Shown: in pieces, positions 57,091 through 64,000 of the stretch
Position numbering within the stretch: position 1 is the first letter of the stretch
Layout of the letters: every line of letters begins with the position of its first letter
Source: an uncultured Gammaproteobacteria bacterium
GTDB taxonomy: Bacteria; Patescibacteriota; Microgenomatia; UBA10105; UBA927
Direction of reading: 5' to 3'
Assembly: GCA_964445435.1 (NCBI GenBank)
Contig: CAYUKU010000001.1
Span: forward strand, 183,751-247,750
DNA length: 64,000 bases
Program-made: the position numbers and the translations under genes
Notes under the pieces: model-generated
The model's input: the letters and a program-made list of their open reading frames with translations, nothing else
Told to the model about the DNA's origin: nothing
The model's database searches: none

Positions 57091-58278
57091 CTAGCGCCGC
57101 GTAAAAAGAATGGCGTTGGGAATGTTTCTTCCGGGGCCGACTTTATAGCCGCCGCTCCAGAGCGCTGTCGACCCGCCTGAATCAAGATTCAGGGCGTTAT
57201 CCATCCCAAGGCTTTTGAGGACGCGCGCGCCTTCTGCGACTGTAGCGTTATGAACAACACCGATATAAACGGTATTCCCTTTATTGGCGATGAAACTTCG
57301 TGGCCCCTTGCTTCCTTTTTTGGGGTCGTCGTCTCCTCCGAAGACAACGGAGCCACCTGAAACCAGAAGCGGTTGGTTGGCAATCATACTGTCGATGCCG
57401 GTGTCCCTGCCCCAATCCAGGGAACGGCCAATGAAGCGGATCCATCCTGCGCCGAAGATTACAGCGGGAACCGTGCTGTATACGTTGTTTTCCGAGTTGA
57501 AGTACACTTTATTCTTGTTCATGAGAAGCGTGTCAAACGAATTGGTTTTCCCGGCGCAACTTGGGTAACTCGCGGGACAGAAATATGAGCCGTTGATTCC
57601 CGCATACGCGCCGTTTCTGGAAACGTACTCAGACAGTGAAAGGACAGGGCAGTCGTTTTTACAGGTTTCGGCGGATGCCGTATCGACGATGATGCGCGTC
57701 GTCGAGAGGTCGGCAGCCACGATATCAACGAGATATTCGCCGATTTCCAGCTCGACGCGTTGGCGCCGGTATCCCGATGACGGGGCGGTATTGTCGGCTG
57801 CCACACTTGCAGGAATAACGAAAGAGGAAGTAATTTTGTCGCGTTCTGACTTTATCGATGCACGAAGTGCCGTGAGAGAAGAGGATGCCGATGCGTAGTT
57901 GCGGCCGGAAAGAAGATCAAGAATTGTTGCAAACGCCTCATCAAGTTTTTTCGTATCGCGGCTTATCGCTTTAAGGTCCAGGAGTTCCTCGTAGGCAATG
58001 ACAGCCGCCTTGTATGTCGTTTCTATCTCTTTTATGTCGCCTTCCAGTTTCTTATTGCGGACAAATTGGTCATCATGTTGCAGGTCAAATAATTGCGCTG
58101 AAATAGAAGCTATCTGCTTGGCGAGGTGTTCGTTTTCCAGTGATTTGCCAGTGATGGTTTGTTGGATTACTGTCCAGGAATCCAGTGCCCACGTCGTGAC
58201 AGTAAGAAGAATGATGCCAACGGCTCCTGCCGCAACCAACCAATGCGAAATAGGGTGTTTCTTCGTTTTACTCCCCAT
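57091..58278 (-). CDS. Phosphodiester glycosidase family protein (DUF2233/NAGPA-like), membrane anchored.
   Basis: N-terminal TM. C-terminal LNLDSGGSTALW matches the conserved DGGGS-type motif of this family. Confidence 0.55.
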   Translation of the reverse strand: MGSKTKKHPISHWLVAAGAVGIILLTVTTWALDSWTVIQQTITGKSLENEHLAKQIASISAQLFDLQHDDQFVRNKKLEGDIKEIETTYKAAVIAYEELLDLKAISRDTKKLDEAFATILDLLSGRNYASASSSLTALRASIKSERDKITSSFVIPASVAADNTAPSSGYRRQRVELEIGEYLVDIVAADLSTTRIIVDTASAETCKNDCPVLSLSEYVSRNGAYAGINGSYFCPASYPSCAGKTNSFDTLLMNKNKVYFNSENNVYSTVPAVIFGAGWIRFIGRSLDWGRDTGIDSMIANQPLLVSGGSVVFGGDDDPKKGSKGPRSFIANKGNTVYIGVVHNATVAEGARVLKSLGMDNALNLDSGGSTALWSGGYKVGPGRNIPNAILFTRR

Positions 58279-58299
58279 GAAGCCAGTGTAACTGGAATG

Positions 58300-58863
58300 T
58301 CACCCCCGCTCAAGGTAGGTGCCGGTTTCAGGGTCTATGGCGATAATTTCGCCTTCTTTGATAAACAGGGGAACGGATACAGCAGCTCCCGTTTCCACAG
58401 TCACGGTTTTCATGGCTCCGCCGACGGTATTGCCGCGTGCTCCTTCTTCCGCCTGGATTACTTTGAGTCGTACCTTCTTGGGGAACCGAATGCCGACAGC
58501 CTCGTCCCCATTTACGAGAATTTGATACGTGTCATTGGGTTTCAGCCAATTAACATAGGTTCCCAGCATTGCTTCCGGGATGCCGTATTGTTCGTAGGAA
58601 AAGTTGTCCATAAAGATGAATTTGTCCGCCTCTTTGTAGAGATACTGCATTTCGCGGGTGGCAACCGGTATTTCTTCCACAGATTCTCCGGATTTGTACG
58701 TAAATTCCTGGACTTTGCCGGTTTTGAGGGACTTCAGCCGCGTGCGCACGAATGCCGAGCCTTTCCCGGGATTGACGAACTGAAATTCCACAATCTGGTG
58801 CGGCTCTCCCTTAAACTCGACAAATATGCCTTTGGCAAAATCGGCGGTGGTGATCGTTGACAT
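58300..58863 (-). CDS. efp: Elongation factor P.
   Basis: MSTITTADFAKGIFVEFKGEPHQIVEFQFVNPGKGSAFVRTRLKSLKTGK. The modification loop PGKG contains Lys34. Confidence 0.9.
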   Translation of the reverse strand: MSTITTADFAKGIFVEFKGEPHQIVEFQFVNPGKGSAFVRTRLKSLKTGKVQEFTYKSGESVEEIPVATREMQYLYKEADKFIFMDNFSYEQYGIPEAMLGTYVNWLKPNDTYQILVNGDEAVGIRFPKKVRLKVIQAEEGARGNTVGGAMKTVTVETGAAVSVPLFIKEGEIIAIDPETGTYLERG

Positions 58864-58878
58864 AAGAACGCTATTATC

Positions 58879-61038
58879 TCACGTCGGCCAGGGTGTGACA
58901 ATGAGGGGAGGGGCACCAGGACTTACAAATTTCCAGATTTGTTCAGTTACAAACGGCATAAACGGGTGGCTTAACGTTAAGATTCGTTTGTAGACATGAA
59001 CAAGTACGGCGAGCGCTTTAGGATCCTTGGCCCTGAAACGGTCTTTGTTTTTCTCGAGATGAACGTCTGCCACGCGATGCCACGCGAAATCATAGAGGGC
59101 GAGCGCTGCGTCAGAAAGGCGGTAGGACGCCATGAGTTTCTCCACTCGGGAGGTAAGAAGCGTTACTTCCGTTAATATGCGCTTGTCATGGGGATCGGTA
59201 AGTGTTTTATGCATGGGCATGTCATAGGTGGGAATTGCCATTCCCTCGGCATTCATCTGTATGAATCTGGCCATGTTCCAGAGTTTATTGGCGAAATTGC
59301 GCATTCCTCTGATTTTGTCCTCTGAGAGCGATTGGTCGTTGCCGGCAGCCGTTCCAAATACCAATGCCATTCTAAGGGCGTCCGCGCCGTATTGGTCTAT
59401 CATTTTCAATGGATTGATCACGTTGCCTTTCGATTTGCTCATCTTCTGGCCTTTGGCGTCACGCACCAGTCCATGAAGATACACGGTGCGGAACGGAACG
59501 TCACCTGTGACATAGAGTCCAAGCATAACCATCCGGCATACCCACCAAGGGAGTATGTCGTAGCCTGTTTCCATAACCGACGTGGGGTAAAAATAGGTAC
59601 GGTCATCATTTCCTGTCGCGGTCAGGGTGGCAAACGGCCACTGCCCGGAGGAAAACCAGGTGTCAAATGTGTCGGTGTCCTGGGTCAGATTATTCTGTCC
59701 GCAATGCTCACACGACGCTGGGGTTGCCCCCTGGGTGATCGTCCACGTTTCACACGATTGGCATTTCCAGGCGGGAATCCGGATGCCCCACACAATCTGG
59801 CGGGAGATATTCCAGTCATGGAAGTTGGTAAGCCAATCCATTGCCGTTTTCTCAAACCGCTTGGGTACGAAGGCAATCTTTTTGGTTTTTATGGCTTTTT
59901 TGGCAACGTCTGCAAGCGGTTTTACTTTCACAAACCATTGAGACATAGGCAAAGGTTCTATGACGGTGCCGCACTTGTAGCACGTGCCGATTCTGTGCGT
60001 ATATGCCTCGTCTGTTTTCAGAAGAAGGCCGCCTTCTTTAAGGTCCTCAATCATCATGGCGCGGGCTGCTGCTACTTTCTGACCGTGGTATTTTTGGGCG
60101 CGGGCTACGTATTTGGGATCGGCATTCTTTTGGGCTAAAAACCAGGAGAAATCCATACGGCCGCGAAAATCGATAATCGGCGTGACGGGAAGGTTGTGTT
60201 TTTGCCCTAGCTCAAAATCATGCGGATCGTGCGCGGGGGTGACCTTCATAATACCGGTTCCAAACTCCGGGTCCACTTCTGGGTCGGGGATGACGGTCAT
60301 GGTTATCGGGCCAAGAAGCCCCATGATATCGAATGTTTTGCCGATATGGTTCTTGTACCTTTTGTCCCTGGGATTGACGGCAAGCGCGGTGTCTCTGAAT
60401 TTCGTCTCAGGACGGGCGGTTGCGATCGTAAACGGCCCGTATTTCATAAAATACAGCGGATCGTTTCGCTCTATGTATTTGACTTCAAGATCGGAGAACC
60501 CCGTGCCGCACCTGGTGCAGTAGTTGACTAACCGCACGCCCCGGTAAACGAGCCCATCGTCATGAAGGCGTTTGAAGGTTTGGTACACCGTTTCTACCAC
60601 CTTGGGGTCCAGGGTGAATACGTTGCGGGACCAATCCAAAGAGAATCCGAGGCGCCGTAGCTGGTTTTCCATTTTGCCGCGATTTTCGTGCACGAAGTCC
60701 CAGATATTCCGGTAGAGGGTTTCACGGTCGAAATCGAAGCGGCTTTTGCCTTCTTTTGCCAGATGCTTCTCGTAGACATACTGCGTTTCAAATCCTGCAT
60801 GGTCAGCGCCGGGAAGCCAGAGCGTGGGGTCGCCCTTCATCCGATGGTAGCGGACAAGAATATCCTCGACGACATACATAGCATGTCCCAGATGAAGATC
60901 CGCGTTGGCATTAGGAGGAGGGAGAAGAATGGTAAACGGCGTTTTGGCAGGATCCTTCTTCGGCGTGAAATAGCCGCCCTTTTCCCACATGGCGTAAATA
61001 GACTCTTCCACTGATGCCGGATTGTATGCTTTGTCCAT
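58879..61038 (-). CDS. valS: Valine--tRNA ligase (compact form).
   Basis: MDKAYNPASVEESIYAMWEKGGYF (compare E. coli [24 protein letters not shown]), PPPNANADLHLGHA (HIGH), KMSKSKGNV (KMSKS). The ORF-track start at 61107 is a GTG 23 codons upstream; ATG at 61038 is preferred. Confidence 0.85.
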   Translation of the reverse strand: MDKAYNPASVEESIYAMWEKGGYFTPKKDPAKTPFTILLPPPNANADLHLGHAMYVVEDILVRYHRMKGDPTLWLPGADHAGFETQYVYEKHLAKEGKSRFDFDRETLYRNIWDFVHENRGKMENQLRRLGFSLDWSRNVFTLDPKVVETVYQTFKRLHDDGLVYRGVRLVNYCTRCGTGFSDLEVKYIERNDPLYFMKYGPFTIATARPETKFRDTALAVNPRDKRYKNHIGKTFDIMGLLGPITMTVIPDPEVDPEFGTGIMKVTPAHDPHDFELGQKHNLPVTPIIDFRGRMDFSWFLAQKNADPKYVARAQKYHGQKVAAARAMMIEDLKEGGLLLKTDEAYTHRIGTCYKCGTVIEPLPMSQWFVKVKPLADVAKKAIKTKKIAFVPKRFEKTAMDWLTNFHDWNISRQIVWGIRIPAWKCQSCETWTITQGATPASCEHCGQNNLTQDTDTFDTWFSSGQWPFATLTATGNDDRTYFYPTSVMETGYDILPWWVCRMVMLGLYVTGDVPFRTVYLHGLVRDAKGQKMSKSKGNVINPLKMIDQYGADALRMALVFGTAAGNDQSLSEDKIRGMRNFANKLWNMARFIQMNAEGMAIPTYDMPMHKTLTDPHDKRILTEVTLLTSRVEKLMASYRLSDAALALYDFAWHRVADVHLEKNKDRFRAKDPKALAVLVHVYKRILTLSHPFMPFVTEQIWKFVSPGAPPLIVTPWPT

Positions 61039-61228
61039 ATGCTTATTTAACCACAAAAAAAGGTACCCTTTGTATAAGGACCGCGCCTCATCGGCGGGTG
61101 GTACCACCTTATTTGCTTCTCATGGTCGCTGTTACGGGCGTACCCGATCGCGCTTACTCTCGTTTCGGCGGATAGCTTGTCCCGTGACTGGCGGGACTCA
61201 GGCGCTTTTCTCTATTATACGAAGAGCG
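61039..61228 (-). promoter_or_regulatory. Candidate T-box-like leader upstream of valS.
   Basis: The leader contains AAATAAGGTGGTACCACCCGCC, resembling the T-box antiterminator consensus AAUUAGGGUGGNACCGCG. The UGGU bulge is complementary to ACCA of tRNA-Val (discriminator A). An AGAGA motif and GUA triplets lie upstream. This is weak, sequence-only evidence. Confidence 0.25.
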
Positions 61229-62086
61229 TTAGAGCTCTTCAAGTTTTACGTTATCAGTCTGCTTGTCTTTGACAAGTTCGAGGTAGCGTTCGGTTGTCGA
61301 AAGCCGCTTGTGGCCGACCAGCTTGGAAAGCGTGGTGATCGGCGTTCCGGCCATGAGATGATGGGCGATGAATGTGTGGCGAAGATCATTGACTTTCGCT
61401 CCTTCAATTCCCGCGATACGGAAATAGCGGTCTATGGCAGTTCTGATGTTTCTGATAAGGAGGGGACGGCCGGTTTTCGTGATAAACAGTGAGACGCTTG
61501 ATGCATCTTTGTTGCGGGTTGCAAGGTAATGATCAAGCGCTTCTTTGGCGGCTTTGTTCAGCGGCACCGTTCGCTCTTCGTGGCCTTCCTGAGCTGCGAT
61601 GTGAAGCGACGCTCCGTCAAGATCGCTTGTTTTGAGGTTGGCCAGTTCTCCGATCCGGATGCCGGTCTGGAGAAAAAGCTCAACGATTGCGTAAATGCGA
61701 AGATCGCCCCGGCACGCATCGCGAAGTGCGCGGTATTCTATTTTGGAGAGGATGCGGGGAGGCTTGACTTCGTACCTGGGGTGTTCAATTTCAATGGCGG
61801 GGTCCGAAGCAACGATTCCGGTAGTCTTAAGAAACCGGAAAAACGTCTTAATCGAATTAATTTTGCGTGAAATGGATTTGGGCGTGTAGCTGTCTGCTGC
61901 AAGTTTCTTGAGAAACGCATCGAGCTCATCGCGTCCAACGTCTTCGATGTTTTTCTTGCCCATGTTGGTAAGGAAGTCCGTAAGCTGTTCGATGTCTTTA
62001 CTGTATGCTACGATGGTAGCGCGAGCGCGCTTCCTGGACTCCAGGTATTGGGTAAACTGCGTGTGTGCGTCTTTAAGCGTTGTCAT
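61229..62086 (-). CDS. Tyrosine site-specific recombinase, XerC/XerD-like.
   Basis: 285 aa. C-terminal LRHTFIAHHLMAGTPITTLSKLVGHKRLSTTERYLEL carries the R..H..R...Y active-site constellation. Xer-like size rather than phage-integrase size. Confidence 0.75.
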   Translation of the reverse strand: MTTLKDAHTQFTQYLESRKRARATIVAYSKDIEQLTDFLTNMGKKNIEDVGRDELDAFLKKLAADSYTPKSISRKINSIKTFFRFLKTTGIVASDPAIEIEHPRYEVKPPRILSKIEYRALRDACRGDLRIYAIVELFLQTGIRIGELANLKTSDLDGASLHIAAQEGHEERTVPLNKAAKEALDHYLATRNKDASSVSLFITKTGRPLLIRNIRTAIDRYFRIAGIEGAKVNDLRHTFIAHHLMAGTPITTLSKLVGHKRLSTTERYLELVKDKQTDNVKLEEL

Positions 62087-62198
62087 ATGTTTGTCGCTGG
62101 CAGGTTAGCTTGTGACAGGTTTTGGCTGATTGCAAGCACCAAAAGAAGCTAAAGATACCCTATAATATCATGAAAGAAGCCATTTCGCAAGGGCGAGT

Positions 62199-62549
62199 AT
62201 GAAACTTGAAAAAATCGTCTCATTTCGCCTCGTGGTCGGCCTTCTGAGTTTCCTTCTTTCCATAGGACTCCTGCGCTCAATCATGGGCCATATAACCAGG
62301 CAGGATATTGTTACTTCTCGCGAAGAGGTGCTTAAAAAGGAAGAGGAGCGCAAGCGGGAGCTGGAAGCAAGTCTCGTTGAGGCTACCAGTGCTGCCTTTA
62401 TCGAGAAGCAGGCGCGTGAGAAGCTTGGCCTGGTCAAGCCCGGGGATACGGTTGTGCTTTTGGGCCCCTCAGAGGGCTTAGAAACGGCTGATAGTGAGAA
62501 GACGCGTGCTATGAGTAATTGGGAGCGGTGGTGGAGGCTGTTTTTCTAG
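62199..62549 (+). CDS. ftsB: Septum formation initiator FtsB/DivIC-family protein.
   Basis: N-terminal TM, coiled coil, then IEKQAREKLGLVKPGDTVVLL, the signature of the DivIC/FtsB family. Confidence 0.7.
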   Translation: MKLEKIVSFRLVVGLLSFLLSIGLLRSIMGHITRQDIVTSREEVLKKEEERKRELEASLVEATSAAFIEKQAREKLGLVKPGDTVVLLGPSEGLETADSEKTRAMSNWERWWRLFF

Positions 62550-62556
62550 CTTTGGG

Positions 62557-62628
62557 TGTCAAGGGTGGGGATCGAACCCACGACCGCAGCGTTATGAATG
62601 CTGTGCTCTACCACTGAGCTACCCTGAC
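62557..62628 (-). tRNA. tRNA with anticodon CAU, elongator-type (Met, or Ile2 if lysidinylated). CCA is not encoded.
   Basis: The minus strand reads GTCAGGG-TA-GCTC-AGTGGTA-GAGC-A-CAGCA-TTCATAA-CGCTG-CGGTC-GTGGG-TTCGATC-CCCAC-CCTTGAC-A. It folds as a cloverleaf with a 7-bp acceptor stem (one G-U), U8, A14, G18G19, U33, anticodon CAT, A37 and GTTCGATCC T-arm. The G1-C72 pair argues against an initiator. Confidence 0.75.
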
Positions 62629-62679
62629 ATGTGATGAATCTGCGCCATTCATTGTACGAAAAGTGAGGCTAAAAGGCAA

Positions 62680-63921
62680 TTACTTTGGAGGCTTCCAGTC
62701 AGGATTTACCTTCACAACCACAAATGCAGGCGTGCCGTCTGTCCAGCGGATCGTGGAGAGCGTGTCGACGTTCAGGGGTGTTTTACACGTCGCTTTATTG
62801 ACGAAGAGCTTGCCCACATTCTCCGGCTCCTCATCCGGGACTTCTGAATTATTCCCAAGCGGGCACGGGCGCACCGTGTATTGGATGCCGTCGAAGATCA
62901 TACCATCACGCTCGGTCGGCGATCCGAGTTTCTGGAATTCGGCTGGATCAAACGCCGTATAGAAGAGGTAAAAGATGAAGTTGTTGTTGCTCTCCGTCGT
63001 CATCACAATGGAAGCGTCACCATTTGATTTTTTGAGGTTCTGCACGGTTTGTATAAGTTCCGGTGTCGCGGCGCTTCTGTGCCACGGTTCATGGCGCGGG
63101 AGGTGGTAGAAATAGTTGTGAGAAAAGACTACAAATCCATATCCAAGTATGCCGACGTAGCAGAAGACAAGGGCATTTCTCATAAGTTTTTTTGAGACGA
63201 GACTGAATAATTCTATGAGCCCGTATGCCGAGATCATAAGAAGCGCAGGGATCATGAGACTTGCGCGCTGGACATTGGACAGATCTTCCCAGGTAAGGCC
63301 GGCAGGCAGTGCGCCGATCGCAAGCCAAAGAAGAGGGATAAGAAGATGATATTTGCGTTTCCGAAGGCCATCCAAAAGAAGCGCCGCGCCCCCCAACAAA
63401 AGAAGCGGCAGATCCACAAGGTACATATTCGCGCTCCAGGGAATTTTGTAGCGGATAGGCATGCCGGTGGAGTCAAACAGAAATTCTCCGTTGAAATGCC
63501 AGAAATAAGAAGCCAGAAACAGCCGTCCGTAGAAGAGTGCTTTGTTGTGAAGAATACGCGTGATGATTGCGGGCCTTGTGCCGTCTTCGCCGATTTGCTG
63601 GAAGATTTCGCGGTCACCGCCCGGGATATTAAAGATGCTGACCGTGCTTGGCCGGGCAGATCCCTGACTAAACTTCATGACACCGACAAGGGTGACAAGA
63701 AGAAGCACCGCTCCTGCAATGGCGCCTGTTTTCAGGCGTTTTTCCGGTTTGTGGACAAGGAAAAGGATGACAAGAAATGGCAGGAGAAAGGCGGGGACGA
63801 AGAGTCGTGCACTGTGGTAGAAAAGAAAACTGACAAATAAAGCGGCAAAGCCGCCGAGAAGAAGAAAGAAAGGCCGGCGCGACGGGAACGCGAGTGCCCG
63901 AAGAAGAAGCCAAAAACCCAA
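62680..63921 (-). CDS. Hypothetical polytopic membrane protein (GT-C-sized).
   Basis: 413-aa ORF with at least 10 hydrophobic helices. No D-E motif recognised. Confidence 0.4.
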   Translation of the reverse strand: MGFWLLLRALAFPSRRPFFLLLGGFAALFVSFLFYHSARLFVPAFLLPFLVILFLVHKPEKRLKTGAIAGAVLLLVTLVGVMKFSQGSARPSTVSIFNIPGGDREIFQQIGEDGTRPAIITRILHNKALFYGRLFLASYFWHFNGEFLFDSTGMPIRYKIPWSANMYLVDLPLLLLGGAALLLDGLRKRKYHLLIPLLWLAIGALPAGLTWEDLSNVQRASLMIPALLMISAYGLIELFSLVSKKLMRNALVFCYVGILGYGFVVFSHNYFYHLPRHEPWHRSAATPELIQTVQNLKKSNGDASIVMTTESNNNFIFYLFYTAFDPAEFQKLGSPTERDGMIFDGIQYTVRPCPLGNNSEVPDEEPENVGKLFVNKATCKTPLNVDTLSTIRWTDGTPAFVVVKVNPDWKPPK

Positions 63922-64000
63922 AAGAATGAAGAATCCTGCGATGATGCCCTCGCTGGTGGCGCGGGAGATATTGATGTGTCAGGGAGAAACGGCAAGAAAT

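Noticed and set aside
59332-60138. 268-aa plus-strand ORF.
   Set aside because: Antisense to valS, which has unambiguous HIGH/KMSKS motifs.
61039-61107. ORF-track valS start at 61107 (GTG).
   Set aside because: MDKAYNP at 61038 matches the conserved ValRS N-terminus. The upstream 23 codons overlap the T-box-like palindrome and are more likely leader.
61229-62628. Interpreting the recombinase and tRNA as an integrated mobile element (mobile_element feature).
   Set aside because: The recombinase is Xer-sized with housekeeping neighbours (ftsB, valS, efp). No att direct repeat is visible in the window. Kept only as a low-interest finding.
1-64000. CRISPR arrays, rRNA genes, IS elements and transposases.
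   Set aside because: No regularly spaced direct repeats, no rRNA-like conserved stretches and no DDE or serine recombinase ORFs were seen on inspection.

Overview
This 64-kb bacterial window is densely coding, roughly 50% GC with visible local swings. The small, streamlined housekeeping genes (short YidC, 45-aa L34, a Xer-sized recombinase) suggest an uncultivated, possibly Patescibacteria/CPR-like lineage, but that is a guess. It opens inside the 5' end of dnaA (minus strand, running off coordinate 1) with two DnaA-box-like 9-mers in the dnaA upstream region. The rpmH-rnpA-yidD-yidC-jag cluster, which is normally the divergent neighbour of dnaA at the origin, lies about 44 kb away at 44.6-46.6 kb. 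Everything in between (about 0.6-44.5 kb) is one very large cell-envelope glycan and glycoconjugate biosynthesis supercluster.

The supercluster contains at least six GT-A/GT-B glycosyltransferases (GT2, GT4, GT8-like) and a GT26 WecB/TagA-like enzyme. It has four to five GT-C-type polytopic membrane proteins carrying an N-terminal D-E loop motif, and three Wzy_C (O-antigen-ligase/PglL-like) proteins. Export components are two Wzm/Wzt-like ABC exporter pairs, a PglC-like initiating phosphoglycosyltransferase and, just outside the cluster at 48.2 kb, a Wzx flippase. There are two WbpB/WbpE-like modules (Gfo/Idh/MocA oxidoreductase plus DegT aminotransferase) for amino-sugar synthesis. Tailoring enzymes include a SAM methyltransferase and an SGNH hydrolase. 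A radical-SAM/SPASM-like protein lies next to a UbiA-family prenyltransferase. Two different pyranose-to-furanose mutase candidates are present: a plant-type RGP/UDP-arabinopyranose-mutase (GT75) homolog and a Glf-like FAD enzyme. A block of GC-richer hypothetical surface proteins sits at the 3' end of the cluster. One of these is a Cys-rich, N-x-S/T-sequon-rich secreted protein.

Downstream of the cluster lie rnhA, a DUF4012 giant membrane protein, rplY, an EpmA-like protein, yggS, efp (with conserved Lys34), valS (with a T-box-like GGTGGTACCACC element in its leader), a XerC/D-like recombinase, ftsB/divIC and an elongator-type tRNA(CAU). No CRISPR array, rRNA or unambiguous transposon was seen. 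I propose the origin-embedded glycosylation supercluster, with its furanose-donor and GT-C modules, as the candidate novel system in this window.
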